A DNA stretch of 64,000 bases from Candidatus Thorarchaeota archaeon (GTDB taxonomy: Archaea > Asgardarchaeota > Thorarchaeia > Thorarchaeales > Thorarchaeaceae). The notes under the pieces are model-generated. The model searched no databases. It saw nothing but the letters and a program-made list of their open reading frames with translations, and was not told the DNA's origin. Both the position numbers and the translations under genes were made by a program. Below are positions 10,075-19,054 of the stretch, in pieces. Location: positions 64,001-128,000 of the forward strand of contig JBHLRZ010000001.1 of assembly GCA_048882045.1 (NCBI GenBank). Direction: 5' to 3'. Every line of letters starts with the position of its first letter. Within the stretch, counting starts at the first letter, position 1.

Positions 10075-11091
10075 TTGACGGGCATATTGCCTGCAGATAG
10101 GCCCCGTGAACTGATTCTGAAATCATCTGAAACCACCAATCCAGAGTATGGATTTTCATCATTAGAAAACTTACCAATAGAGTATTTACTTGAGAATGGA
10201 GTCATTGCTCTAGACAAACCATCTGGTCCTACAAGCCATGAGGTCGCTACATGGGTGAGAAAAATCCTAGAGGTTGACCGTGTGGGTCATGGTGGAACTC
10301 TCGATCCTGGTGTCACTGGTATACTGCCAACTGGAGTAGGAAATGCAACCAAGGCTATGCAGGCTTTGCTTCCTGCTGGAAAAGAGTATGTTTGTGTGTT
10401 GGAACTCCATCACAATACTCCAGAGGATGAAATTCGAAGAGTAATCGGAGAATTTGTAGGTAGGCTCTACCAGAAACCACCCTTGCGGTCTTCTGTGAAG
10501 AGAGTGCTCAGGGTTCGTGAAATATACTACAATGAAATTCTCGAAATCAAGGGTCGTCTGGCACTATTTCGTGTAGGATGTCAGGCTGGTACCTACATTC
10601 GAAAGCTATGTTTTGACATTGGGGAGGCTCTAGGAGTGGGAGGACACATGCGAGAACTGCGAAGGACTCGGGTGGGATCTTTTAGAGAAGATGAGCACAT
10701 GTGCTCACTCTATGACCTGAAAGATGCTTTCATGTTCTGGAAGGAAAACGGAGATGAAACTGAACTCAGGAAGTACTTGCTCCCAATCGAATTTGGACTT
10801 GGGCATCTTCCTGTGATAAATATCCGTGATTCTGCAGTGGATGCAATTTGTCATGGAGCTGACCTAGCGGCTAGTGGCGTTGTCAGTTTGAGTAGTAATA
10901 TGAGGAAGGGAGACATAGTCGTTCTAAAGACCTTGAAGGGGGAGGCTGTTGCTGTTGCTAAATGCAGTGATACTAGTGACAGAATAGCCAAGGCAAAGAG
11001 CGGGATTGTTGCCAAGAGTGAACGAGTCCTAATGGAGCGAGGTCGCTATCCTTCACTCTGGAAGAAGAAGACCCAGGACGAATCGTCTTAG
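10075..11091 (+). CDS. cbf5: H/ACA pseudouridine synthase Cbf5 (TruB + PUA)
   Basis: DKPSGPTSHEV, GHGGTLDP, GTYIRKLC, AVDAICHGA; TTG start. Confidence 0.96.
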   Translation: MTGILPADRPRELILKSSETTNPEYGFSSLENLPIEYLLENGVIALDKPSGPTSHEVATWVRKILEVDRVGHGGTLDPGVTGILPTGVGNATKAMQALLPAGKEYVCVLELHHNTPEDEIRRVIGEFVGRLYQKPPLRSSVKRVLRVREIYYNEILEIKGRLALFRVGCQAGTYIRKLCFDIGEALGVGGHMRELRRTRVGSFREDEHMCSLYDLKDAFMFWKENGDETELRKYLLPIEFGLGHLPVINIRDSAVDAICHGADLAASGVVSLSSNMRKGDIVVLKTLKGEAVAVAKCSDTSDRIAKAKSGIVAKSERVLMERGRYPSLWKKKTQDESS

Positions 11092-11136
11092 AGTATCATT
11101 CAACCATCTTTTTATTCAGAAATGTGTAGAAGTGAA

Positions 11137-11489
11137 TGGCTCTGGAGCAGAAGCGCGACTGACGGTACTCGCTCTTCGGAGCGAGAGCTGAGGAAACTCC
11201 CGACTGCGTGTCGACACCAGTCCTACTGAAGTAGGGAGGCGAGAGCCTCGCTCTGGGAACAGAAACGACACCCCCAAGCTGGATATGACAATGATACAGA
11301 GATTCAATCTGTTGAGGATCAGTTTGGAACGGTTGAAACGGCCTATCACTGGGCAGCAATCTCAAGAGTAGGCTTGCGATGAGTCGACCTGAAGCCTAGG
11401 GTAGAGAGCATAGTTTGATGTTGCAAGACTCCAGATAGGTAACATTCTGGAGTGGAACAGAATTGGGGTTACTCTCTGGACCAGAGCCA
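11137..11489 (+). ncRNA. rnpB: RNase P RNA, archaeal type A
   Basis: P1 TGGCTCTGG/CCAGAGCCA; GAGGAAACTCC; P8 CCTAC-TGAA-GTAGG; P9 GAGGC-GAGA-GCCTC; ACAGAAACG; TTGAAACGG; 3' AACAGAA-TTGGGG-TTACT; T-rich TATA-like element ~11108-11116. Confidence 0.93.
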
Positions 11490-11499
11490 CCCCACCCTT

Positions 11500-12042
11500 T
11501 CATTCTCGCGTATGCTCTTGCATTATCTCCCCTTGAACCGCGACTACTTCACCGCTGGTCTTGCACTCTGCATACGCATCAAGCCACTCTCGATTGAGAG
11601 TGATGAATGAATCCCCCCATTTGAAGACAGACAAGATATCAAATGCTTCTTCGGTCAGTCCGAGAATGTAGAAACCTGCAGCAAGCGCTTCTGCAGTGGA
11701 GAGCTTTATTGGAATGTAAGTGTTGATTGGATTTGCGGCAAGAAGGTATGGGAGAGACCTCTGAGCACCTGCTCTTGAGGCAATGAATATCTTTTCAGCC
11801 TGTTTCCATGAACAGTCAAGTGCGACGAGACCAGACTTCAAGACAGAGTCCTTGTCAGCTGGTGAAAATGCGATTTCGGAAACAGGATTGAGAACCACTG
11901 CTCCTCGAGGGATGTGACGCATATTTTGAACTATCTGGGCTTTTCTCATCTTACCCAGTCGCGTACCTGTGCATTTCTTTGGATCACACTGATTTGCGTG
12001 ATAGACAATGACTTGAGGTTTCTGGGTCAAGATATAATCCAC
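11500..12042 (-). CDS. tsr3: rRNA aminocarboxypropyltransferase Tsr3 (DUF367)
   Basis: QCDPKKCTG, LDCSW, LPYLLAANPIN, LSTAEALAA, FKWG..F. Confidence 0.93.
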   Translation of the reverse strand: MDYILTQKPQVIVYHANQCDPKKCTGTRLGKMRKAQIVQNMRHIPRGAVVLNPVSEIAFSPADKDSVLKSGLVALDCSWKQAEKIFIASRAGAQRSLPYLLAANPINTYIPIKLSTAEALAAGFYILGLTEEAFDILSVFKWGDSFITLNREWLDAYAECKTSGEVVAVQGEIMQEHTRE

Positions 12043-12110
12043 CGATATGTGAAGTCGAAGAGCAAAGGATTTCTGTGTTGTCCTACGCCCTCAAGTAGAG
12101 GAACTTCATC

Positions 12111-12380
12111 ATGCTCTATAAACCTGGTAACTCTTGTGAGATCTGCAACCAAGACGGACCATTCAGCTCATGTCAGATGTGTGGAGCAATTGTCTGTGAT
12201 TCTTGCAAGGTTGAAGGAGATAACATCTGCATCAGCTGCGAAGAAGCAAGATGTCAGGTCTGTAATGAGTATCTGGCTTCAAGGGCATGCAACAGCTGCG
12301 GTATGCTAGTGTGCGAAGACCACGGAACAAAGGTCAACGAAGCAACGTTTTGCGAGAAATGTCGGAAGAGTGACGAATGA
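12111..12380 (+). CDS. Small tandem zinc-finger protein
   Basis: Eight CxxC/CxxH pairs in 89 aa, in two similar halves; overlaps tiaS start (ATGA). Confidence 0.75.
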   Translation: MLYKPGNSCEICNQDGPFSSCQMCGAIVCDSCKVEGDNICISCEEARCQVCNEYLASRACNSCGMLVCEDHGTKVNEATFCEKCRKSDE

Positions 12381-13708
12381 ATAGGAAACTTGTGCAAATT
12401 GGGATGGATGACATCGATAGTCCAGAGGGACGATGTACAACACACTTTGCTACTATCCTAGTTGAGAAAATTGATAGTCTAGATGTAGAGTGGATTGACT
12501 ACCCAAACCTCATTCGTCTGAACCCAGGAATTCCCTACAGAACCAGAGGAAATGGAGCAGTTGCCCTGAGATTTCTATCTCAAGAAACAGACTCAATTCT
12601 ACCAATGGTTCAAAACCTTGTTGAAGAGTATGTAGAAGTCGGATATCCAAATACGAATCCTGGTGTTGTTATCCTAGAAGGCGATATCCCGAAAGGTGTA
12701 GATGACCTCTCCAGCCAGGCACTTTGGAGAGTTGTGCCAATCAGACTTGCTCAGAGAGTCATTGAGGATTATAATATCCCTCATTTCTCATTCGGAAATG
12801 GGAGGGGACTCATTGGTTCTCTTGCCGCTGTAGCGAACACACTGGAGAACGATCACACCTACGAATTCATTGCCTATCGTTCACTCGAAGACTGCAAAGG
12901 CAAACGTGGAGTTGACGCCAATTCAGTACGTTCAATGGACAAAGAAATGGGAGATTGTGTCTTCTCAAACATCGATGAGTCGGCAAATAGGACAATGATC
13001 GAACCACATGGTCCCGACCCAGTTCTTTTTGGCGTACGTGGAGAAACTGCTGATTGTGTCATCCGAGGAGGCAAGCAGATAAAGAGCGAACAAAGTGTTG
13101 ACAGATGGATGGTGTTCAGATCAAATCAAGGAACAGCTGAACACCTGAAGTATAGTGTTGAAATCAAAAACCTTAGGCCGTACATGGCTGTTGTCGTGGA
13201 TGGATTTGTGAAAAACAAGCCAAAAATGGTTGAGGGAGGACACTCACTGTTCATTATTGCAGATGACAGCGGCCAGGTTGATTGTGCGACTTATGAACCG
13301 ACAGGTGAGTTTCGAGAGGTTATTATGAGGCTGATTCCCGGTGACAAGATTCGTGTACATGCGGGAGTTAGACCACCTTCAAGAACTCACGGTCTCACAT
13401 TGAATGTTGAGGGGCTAGATGTTGTCGAACTCGCTCCAGTAATCGAGTTTTCCAATCCATTGTGTCCAAAGTGTGGTAAGAGAATGAAGAGTGCAGGACG
13501 TGGAAAGGGACACAAATGTGCAAAATGTGGGCACAAAGACTCAGAAAGTATGAAGACAGAAACTAGAGTTACAAGGGACCTGCACGAAGGACTCTTCTTA
13601 CCGCCAACTAGAGCTCAACGACATCTAACAAGGCCGTATTCACGATTTAATAAAAGGAACAGGAATCGACCAAAGCAATTGATACCTGACTGGCATTCCA
13701 ACTCATAG
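12377..13708 (+). CDS. tiaS: tRNA(Ile2) agmatinylcytidine synthetase
   Basis: IGMDDIDS..GRCTT, PNLIRLNPGIPYRTRGNG, PHGPDPVLFGVRG, SNQGT, C-terminal Zn ribbon, RHLTRP. Confidence 0.95.
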   Translation: MNRKLVQIGMDDIDSPEGRCTTHFATILVEKIDSLDVEWIDYPNLIRLNPGIPYRTRGNGAVALRFLSQETDSILPMVQNLVEEYVEVGYPNTNPGVVILEGDIPKGVDDLSSQALWRVVPIRLAQRVIEDYNIPHFSFGNGRGLIGSLAAVANTLENDHTYEFIAYRSLEDCKGKRGVDANSVRSMDKEMGDCVFSNIDESANRTMIEPHGPDPVLFGVRGETADCVIRGGKQIKSEQSVDRWMVFRSNQGTAEHLKYSVEIKNLRPYMAVVVDGFVKNKPKMVEGGHSLFIIADDSGQVDCATYEPTGEFREVIMRLIPGDKIRVHAGVRPPSRTHGLTLNVEGLDVVELAPVIEFSNPLCPKCGKRMKSAGRGKGHKCAKCGHKDSESMKTETRVTRDLHEGLFLPPTRAQRHLTRPYSRFNKRNRNRPKQLIPDWHSNS

Positions 13709-13736
13709 AGAAAGGTTTGCACAAAATCGGATATCT

Positions 13737-14135
13737 CTAGACTCTTCGGCCTCTTCTACCACCAGGCTTTCTTGTTCCATCGTGTGGCATCGGAGTTACT
13801 TCATCGATAATACCGATTCTAAGACCAGCTCTGCTGAGTGCACGGATTGCAGCTTGCGCACCTGGACCAGGTGTCTTAGGTCCATGACCACCAGGAGCTC
13901 GTACTCTGATATGAATTCCATAAATGCCCTTATCCTTAGCTTCACGAGCTGCTTGAAAAGCGGCCTGCATAGCAGCATGTGGAGATGACTCATTTCTGTC
14001 AGCCTTCACCATCATTCCACCAGAATATCGTGCAAGGGTCTCTGCCCCAGTGATATCAGTAATCATTATGATGGTGTCATTGTAAGAAGCAAATATGTGG
14101 GCTATTCCCCATTTGTCGCGATCGTCTTTACTCAT
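13737..14135 (-). CDS. rps11: 30S ribosomal protein uS11
   Basis: [40 protein letters not shown]. Confidence 0.97.
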   Translation of the reverse strand: MSKDDRDKWGIAHIFASYNDTIIMITDITGAETLARYSGGMMVKADRNESSPHAAMQAAFQAAREAKDKGIYGIHIRVRAPGGHGPKTPGPGAQAAIRALSRAGLRIGIIDEVTPMPHDGTRKPGGRRGRRV

Positions 14136-14775
14136 GTTCGTCATCTCCTTCCGAATCAAGATCGTCATTAGTTACAGGTTCAGCCTCTGAAGGTCTTCCA
14201 CGCTCAACCGCATCAACCTCTTCAAAAGCTGCAGCTGATGCTCGAGTTGCTGCGTCGGATGCAGCAATCCTTGCTGGATGTGACTTGTCATTCAACGGAG
14301 ACTTTGCAGTGTATCGAAGACGTTCCTCCTCAGACACTGTTATGAGTCGTTGGGGTGTGTTTACCCTAGCGGCATCAAGCGCAATGTGTCCATGGGTGAC
14401 TAACTGGCGAGCATGATGCATGGAACTTGCTAGTCCCTTTCTGAACACAATCGTCTGTAGACGTCTTTCAAGTAAGTTTTCAAGTGTAAGGTCCAGAACG
14501 TGGTCAAGTGTTGGTTCCGTTGTCAGGATTCCAATGCGGGTCAACTTTGTGACAAGCTCACGTTCCTGTAGTTCTCTCTCGGATGGAGGAAGTGCAAGCA
14601 TATGACGCGCATTCCGGCGATAGTTGGAGAGGTCAGTCTTGTGTTTCCAGAGTTCTTTCTTGTTTCTTAAACCATAAGCACCGATGAGTTGAAGCTCCTG
14701 CTCAAATCTATCACTGTCGAAGGGTTTCTTCGGAGCTACGTACTTTTTCTTTTGCTTGCGTGGATCACCCATCAT
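14128..14775 (-). CDS. rps4: 30S ribosomal protein uS4
   Basis: [35 protein letters not shown]. Confidence 0.97.
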   Translation of the reverse strand: MMGDPRKQKKKYVAPKKPFDSDRFEQELQLIGAYGLRNKKELWKHKTDLSNYRRNARHMLALPPSERELQERELVTKLTRIGILTTEPTLDHVLDLTLENLLERRLQTIVFRKGLASSMHHARQLVTHGHIALDAARVNTPQRLITVSEEERLRYTAKSPLNDKSHPARIAASDAATRASAAAFEEVDAVERGRPSEAEPVTNDDLDSEGDDEHE

Positions 14776-14787
14776 TCATTCCCTCGA

Positions 14788-15237
14788 CTATACTTTCTTC
14801 CTCGACACACCAACAGCCATTCCGCCACGACCGGTTGTTCGGGTATGCTGACCTCTGACTCGAAGGCCTAATGAATGCCTGACACCTCTCCAAGACTTGA
14901 TTCTTCGAAGTCTGTCAATATCATTCCTATGAGCGAAATCTAAGTCGGACGCAATCAGATGCAACATCCTTCCGCTCATTCTATCTCGAGGACGATTTAC
15001 ATACCAGTCAGGAAAGTTAGCTGCTACAGGATCTTTAATGACCTTCTCAATCTTCTTTATCTCTGCATCAGTCAAGTAACCGAGCCTCTTTGAAGAATCA
15101 ATCTCTGTTTGTGTGATAATGGCTCGTGACAATCTTAAGCCTACACCCTTGATGCGTGTGAGCCCTTGGAGCAAGTTCTCTTGTCCATCTATGTCACTTC
15201 CACCTATACGGACGATATGTTTGTAATCTTCGGACAT
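14788..15237 (-). CDS. rps13: 30S ribosomal protein uS13
   Basis: IKGVG, SWRGVRHSLGLRVRGQHTRTTGR; start refined to MSEDYK. Confidence 0.96.
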   Translation of the reverse strand: MSEDYKHIVRIGGSDIDGQENLLQGLTRIKGVGLRLSRAIITQTEIDSSKRLGYLTDAEIKKIEKVIKDPVAANFPDWYVNRPRDRMSGRMLHLIASDLDFAHRNDIDRLRRIKSWRGVRHSLGLRVRGQHTRTTGRGGMAVGVSRKKV

Positions 15238-15407
15238 GGTATATGACCTCATCTGACTGGTCTGAGGCTTGTTCGCGTCTTGGAATTGGCTTATAATAGT
15301 TGCCATCAAGCCGCGTAATCTACAGCCCTAGACACGGTCAGGGGGAGTTCTTATGCAAAGAGTAGGCATACGATAGCAGAAAGTGGACCTTACGTGGGGC
15401 AGATGCT

Positions 15408-15803
15408 ATGGGAAACAAGCTACAATTAGAGCCAGAAGCTACACCTTCAGTACTTTCCAATATCCCAAACACATTACAATCATTCCTCATGAATTCAATC
15501 AGGAAAAAGACTCGTGAAAGAAAGACGGTTCTGGTGGCAAGTAATAGTCTGGCAAATCGGTTCATCTTGGAGCAGTGGGGAATAAGAGCATCTCAGAGGA
15601 GGAGATACAAGAACCTCTTTGCATCAGTGCGTCAACGATGCAGAGCAATGTTCCATAACTATCTCGCCCGTGGGAAAACAGAATGGGTTTCTGAAAGCAA
15701 TAGGATAATCTTTGGTGTGTACAAGTTCGATGAGATAAGAGGGAATCTCATCTTGGCATTCGTGAAAGTTACATCTGAAACTGAGTGGTCATTGCCAAGA
15801 TGA
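15408..15803 (+). CDS. Hypothetical basic protein
   Basis: 131-aa ORF between S13 and the GTPase; no recognised motif. Confidence 0.6.
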   Translation: MGNKLQLEPEATPSVLSNIPNTLQSFLMNSIRKKTRERKTVLVASNSLANRFILEQWGIRASQRRRYKNLFASVRQRCRAMFHNYLARGKTEWVSESNRIIFGVYKFDEIRGNLILAFVKVTSETEWSLPR

Positions 15804-16694
15804 CTAAGCTTCACTCTCGATGCAAAGCAACTGTTCAACTGGCATATCAGGAACATCTATCTCAAAGAATTCAGATAATACTTGGACAAGTATTTTGAGC
15901 AGATCCTCTCTGTAAGCCAAATCAATCGCCACCATTGCATGAGAAGATGACCCCATGACCTTGCTGATCGCTGTTGGATCTAGGGAATTGGGAGTGTCCT
16001 GTTTGTTAGCGAATATGACTATGGGCATCTCAGGATGCTCTTCCAGAATTTCGGAGAAGATTGTCTTTGAAGAGATGATATTCTTCAGGGTGGAGTCAGT
16101 TATTAGGAATATCATGTCTGTCAAAGAAAAGTCCCAGAGTTTACCAGCAGCCTCACGTCCCGCAAAGTCGAAAATCACTATATCGTAGTTTGCGAACTTC
16201 ATGTCCCTAATGACTTCACAATTTACTGCGATTGTTGGAATATGAGTGTCTGGAGGTTCTATTCCCATCAGAAGATGAAGAAGTGAAGTCTTTCCGACTC
16301 CCAGATTTCCTACTAGAGCAATCACGAATTGAGATTGGACAAAACGCGCAATGATTTGTTCATAGTTCTCCTTTACATATTTCATTGTTTGTTTTTCCAT
16401 GATTGAGCGAAGTGAAGTTGCGGCTCGATTTATCTTGCTGATTGTATCATCATCATTGGTGTCGTCATCAACTACAAAGATGATTATTCCTTTGCCACAT
16501 TCTCGACTCACGAATTTGTATTCTCCGATAGTGACTGGCTTGTATTTTAAACGCTCAGATTTCTTGATTAACTTCTCAAGTTGTGACAGATACTGCTTGA
16601 TAATCTTCATCGGAATTGAATCCGCCCAATATTCTGATGATGCAATCTTGCGCCTGTTCTTTGCATTCAGCAAGATTGTGCTATATATCATCAC
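15804..16694 (-). CDS. Longin-like domain fused to Arf/SR-beta-like small GTPase
   Basis: G1 GNLGVGKTS, G2 PTI, G3 DFAGRE, G4 NKQD; N-terminal ~115 aa with longin-like pattern (IYSTILL...YKFVSRE..IIIFVVD-helix). Confidence 0.85.
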   Translation of the reverse strand: MMIYSTILLNAKNRRKIASSEYWADSIPMKIIKQYLSQLEKLIKKSERLKYKPVTIGEYKFVSRECGKGIIIFVVDDDTNDDDTISKINRAATSLRSIMEKQTMKYVKENYEQIIARFVQSQFVIALVGNLGVGKTSLLHLLMGIEPPDTHIPTIAVNCEVIRDMKFANYDIVIFDFAGREAAGKLWDFSLTDMIFLITDSTLKNIISSKTIFSEILEEHPEMPIVIFANKQDTPNSLDPTAISKVMGSSSHAMVAIDLAYREDLLKILVQVLSEFFEIDVPDMPVEQLLCIESEA

Positions 16695-16829
16695 GCGGAA
16701 CCTCCTCTAGGCAGGTATTCTATGAATTTTCTATTCTTAAGCTGTTGTCTTATAGACTGGAATTAAGGGCCACGGAAAACTAGTGATAATGGAAAAGATG
16801 AAAAGGCATGTCAAAGTCAGAGGCATTAA

Positions 16830-16950
16830 GCCGAGGTAGCCAAGCCCGGTTCACGGCGACAGCCTGGAACCAACAGTCGTACGAGCGATTGTCGCTCAGA
16901 CAGCTGTTCTCCAATAGGAGGCATGAGTTCAAATCTCATCCTCGGCGCCA
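16830..16950 (+). tRNA. tRNA-Ser(GGA) with 32-nt intron at 37/38 (16870-16901) and encoded CCA
   Basis: Acceptor GCCGAGG/CCTCGGC-GCCA; anticodon stem ACAGC/GCTGT, loop CT-GGA-A; long variable arm; T arm ATGAG-TTCAAAT-CTCAT; CTGG/TCAG central helix of BHB-like motif. Confidence 0.92.
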
Positions 16951-16952
16951 AC

Positions 16953-17999
16953 TTACTCCTTGTGTTCTATAAATGACATTTCACCAACATAGCTGATGCC
17001 CATCATCTCTTTTACTCGTTCAGGTTCTTTCGTATGACCAAGAACCCATGCAAGCTTCACGAGTGCCGCTTCAGAAGTCATGTCATAGGCACTCATAGCT
17101 CCAACCTCCAATGCAGCTCGTCCAACCTCATAGATGGACAGGTCTGCTTGACCAAATGCACACTGTGAACTGATCATGACGAAACACCCTTGATCAATGG
17201 CTTGGAGGATTCCGCCTGTCAGGGCGTTCTCATCAGTAGGGACATTGCCAGATCCGAATCCCTCAATGATTATCCCATGGTAACCCAAGTCTACAATCCG
17301 CGAAAGAATCTGGGGTGGCATACCCGGGAACACCTTGAGAAGAAACACGCGGTCATCAATACGTGTGTCAAACCGAGGTATTAGACCGTGGTCACGTTTC
17401 TTTCGACCTTCATAGAGGACAATATCACGTGCAAGCAGACCTAGAGGAGAAGGGTCCATTGAATCAAAGGCGTCGTACGAATTTACACGTACCTTCTTGG
17501 CTCGAGTCGATCGATGAATCTCACCATTGAACACTATGCAGGTCTCGCCTAAGTCCCCGAAAGCAGCAACTCGAATAGCGTCTAGTAGATTCCTCGGACC
17601 ATCACTCCATGGTACTGATGCGGGTATCTGAGACCCTGTGAACACAATTGGCCGGCCAAATTCTTGAACCATGAAACTGACTGCTGCTGCTGCGTACGTC
17701 ATTGTGTCGGTCCCATGGGTGATAACGATACCAGTGAGGTCTTGGATCTCTTCATTCACCTCTTTAATGGTGCTCGCTAAATCTTGCCAGTGATGTGGTT
17801 GTGCGTTTGCAGAATCCAGTTGGTAGAGCTCTTTCCAGACGACCTCGATATTGTCCATACCTTTAGGAAGGCGTTCGATGAGCTCCTCGATAGACAGTCC
17901 AGGGCGAAGTGCCCTTGTACCAGAGTCATAGACACTGGAGATTGTTCCTCCTGTAGTGATGATACAGACTTTGACATTATTTTCAGAGCTCAGTTTCAC
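16953..17999 (-). CDS. ansA: Type I L-asparaginase
   Basis: TTGGTI, HGTDTM, TGSQ, SDGPRNL, DMTSEAA; no GatD N-domain; GTG start inferred. Confidence 0.85.
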   Translation of the reverse strand: MKLSSENNVKVCIITTGGTISSVYDSGTRALRPGLSIEELIERLPKGMDNIEVVWKELYQLDSANAQPHHWQDLASTIKEVNEEIQDLTGIVITHGTDTMTYAAAAVSFMVQEFGRPIVFTGSQIPASVPWSDGPRNLLDAIRVAAFGDLGETCIVFNGEIHRSTRAKKVRVNSYDAFDSMDPSPLGLLARDIVLYEGRKKRDHGLIPRFDTRIDDRVFLLKVFPGMPPQILSRIVDLGYHGIIIEGFGSGNVPTDENALTGGILQAIDQGCFVMISSQCAFGQADLSIYEVGRAALEVGAMSAYDMTSEAALVKLAWVLGHTKEPERVKEMMGISYVGEMSFIEHKE

Positions 18000-18049
18000 A
18001 CACCTGTGTCCACGAGCTCTTGCTGATTTATCCGTGTTTTGCTTGAGTT

Positions 18050-18997
18050 TCAATCGTTCTCTGTAGGTTTGATGACCACAGCAGAACCATCCCGACCAAG
18101 TTGGATTTTCATACCATCGCGAGCAAGTACGGAGTTAGGAAAAACCTTCCTTGCCTCCTCGATGATTTCATTCCCCTCAAAATATCGAGGACTGTAATGA
18201 GTAAGTACGAGAAGATTGGTTCCAGCGTCACGAGCCAACTCTGCAGCATCTGTTGCTGTAGAATGACCTCTCTCGTCTGCAAGATTACTATGTTCGGTGG
18301 TGTACATTGCTTCACTGATCAGGATATCAGCATCAGTGGACGACTCTCGAAGTGCCTCGCAAGGGCGAGTGTCACCAGAGTATACAATCTTAATTGACTT
18401 GGGACCAAGTTCTGTGACCATCTCTGGGGTGACAATGAAACCATTGTCTAGGACAATTGTTTTGCCTGATGCTAGTGATTTCCAAAGTGGACCCTCTGGG
18501 ACACCAAGCTCTTCAGCTTTAAGCGGAAGGAATTTTCCAGTCGGGCGGGACCATATGATTTCGTAGCCAAGTGCATACCCTCGATGCTCTACCTCAAACG
18601 CACGCACTGTCAGGTGTTGTTCTTGGAAGATAACTCCTGGTCCAATCGAGCGGACTTCCGCCTCAAATGTTGTTCCCAGATTGATCGTAGACTGATTGAC
18701 CTTGACGTATTCAATGAGCTCCTCTGGACCAAAGATGAGCAAAGGTTTGATTCTACCAAGCAATGAGAAACGAAAGAGTAAGCCAGGCAGGCCAAGAACA
18801 TGATCTGCATGAACATGACTGATGAAAATGGCCATCTTCTTGTTCAATCCTAGGCTAAGCTTTTCATACTGTCTTTGAACATCCTCGCCAGCATCGAAAA
18901 GTAACACCCACCCTTCATATCGGATTGCAATGGATGGATGATTTCGACCTTTTGTGGGAATCGATCCACCTGTGCCAAGAAAGACAATTTCAATCAT
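18050..18997 (-). CDS. rnz: Ribonuclease Z
   Basis: LGTGG, DAGE, SHVHADHVLG, GVPEGP exosite, YSGDT, HST, LTHYSPRY. Confidence 0.95.
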   Translation of the reverse strand: MIEIVFLGTGGSIPTKGRNHPSIAIRYEGWVLLFDAGEDVQRQYEKLSLGLNKKMAIFISHVHADHVLGLPGLLFRFSLLGRIKPLLIFGPEELIEYVKVNQSTINLGTTFEAEVRSIGPGVIFQEQHLTVRAFEVEHRGYALGYEIIWSRPTGKFLPLKAEELGVPEGPLWKSLASGKTIVLDNGFIVTPEMVTELGPKSIKIVYSGDTRPCEALRESSTDADILISEAMYTTEHSNLADERGHSTATDAAELARDAGTNLLVLTHYSPRYFEGNEIIEEARKVFPNSVLARDGMKIQLGRDGSAVVIKPTEND

Positions 18998-19054
18998 CAG
19001 ACAGTCTTGTGAGGTTAGAAACTTGGACAAGATATGACTTGCGACTAATGGCAT

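Noticed and set aside
10075-11091. Intron or split in cbf5, as in some Crenarchaeota
   Set aside because: ORF is continuous with all motifs in one frame
11096-11365. Minus-strand 89-aa and 77-aa ORFs
   Set aside because: Antisense shadows of the RNase P RNA
16830-17100. Integrated element at the tRNA 3' end
   Set aside because: No integrase and no duplicated tRNA end seen; ansA stop lies 2 nt away
16953-18053. GatD (Glu-tRNA amidotransferase subunit D)
   Set aside because: Lacks the GatD N-terminal domain and no gatE is adjacent; fits stand-alone asparaginase
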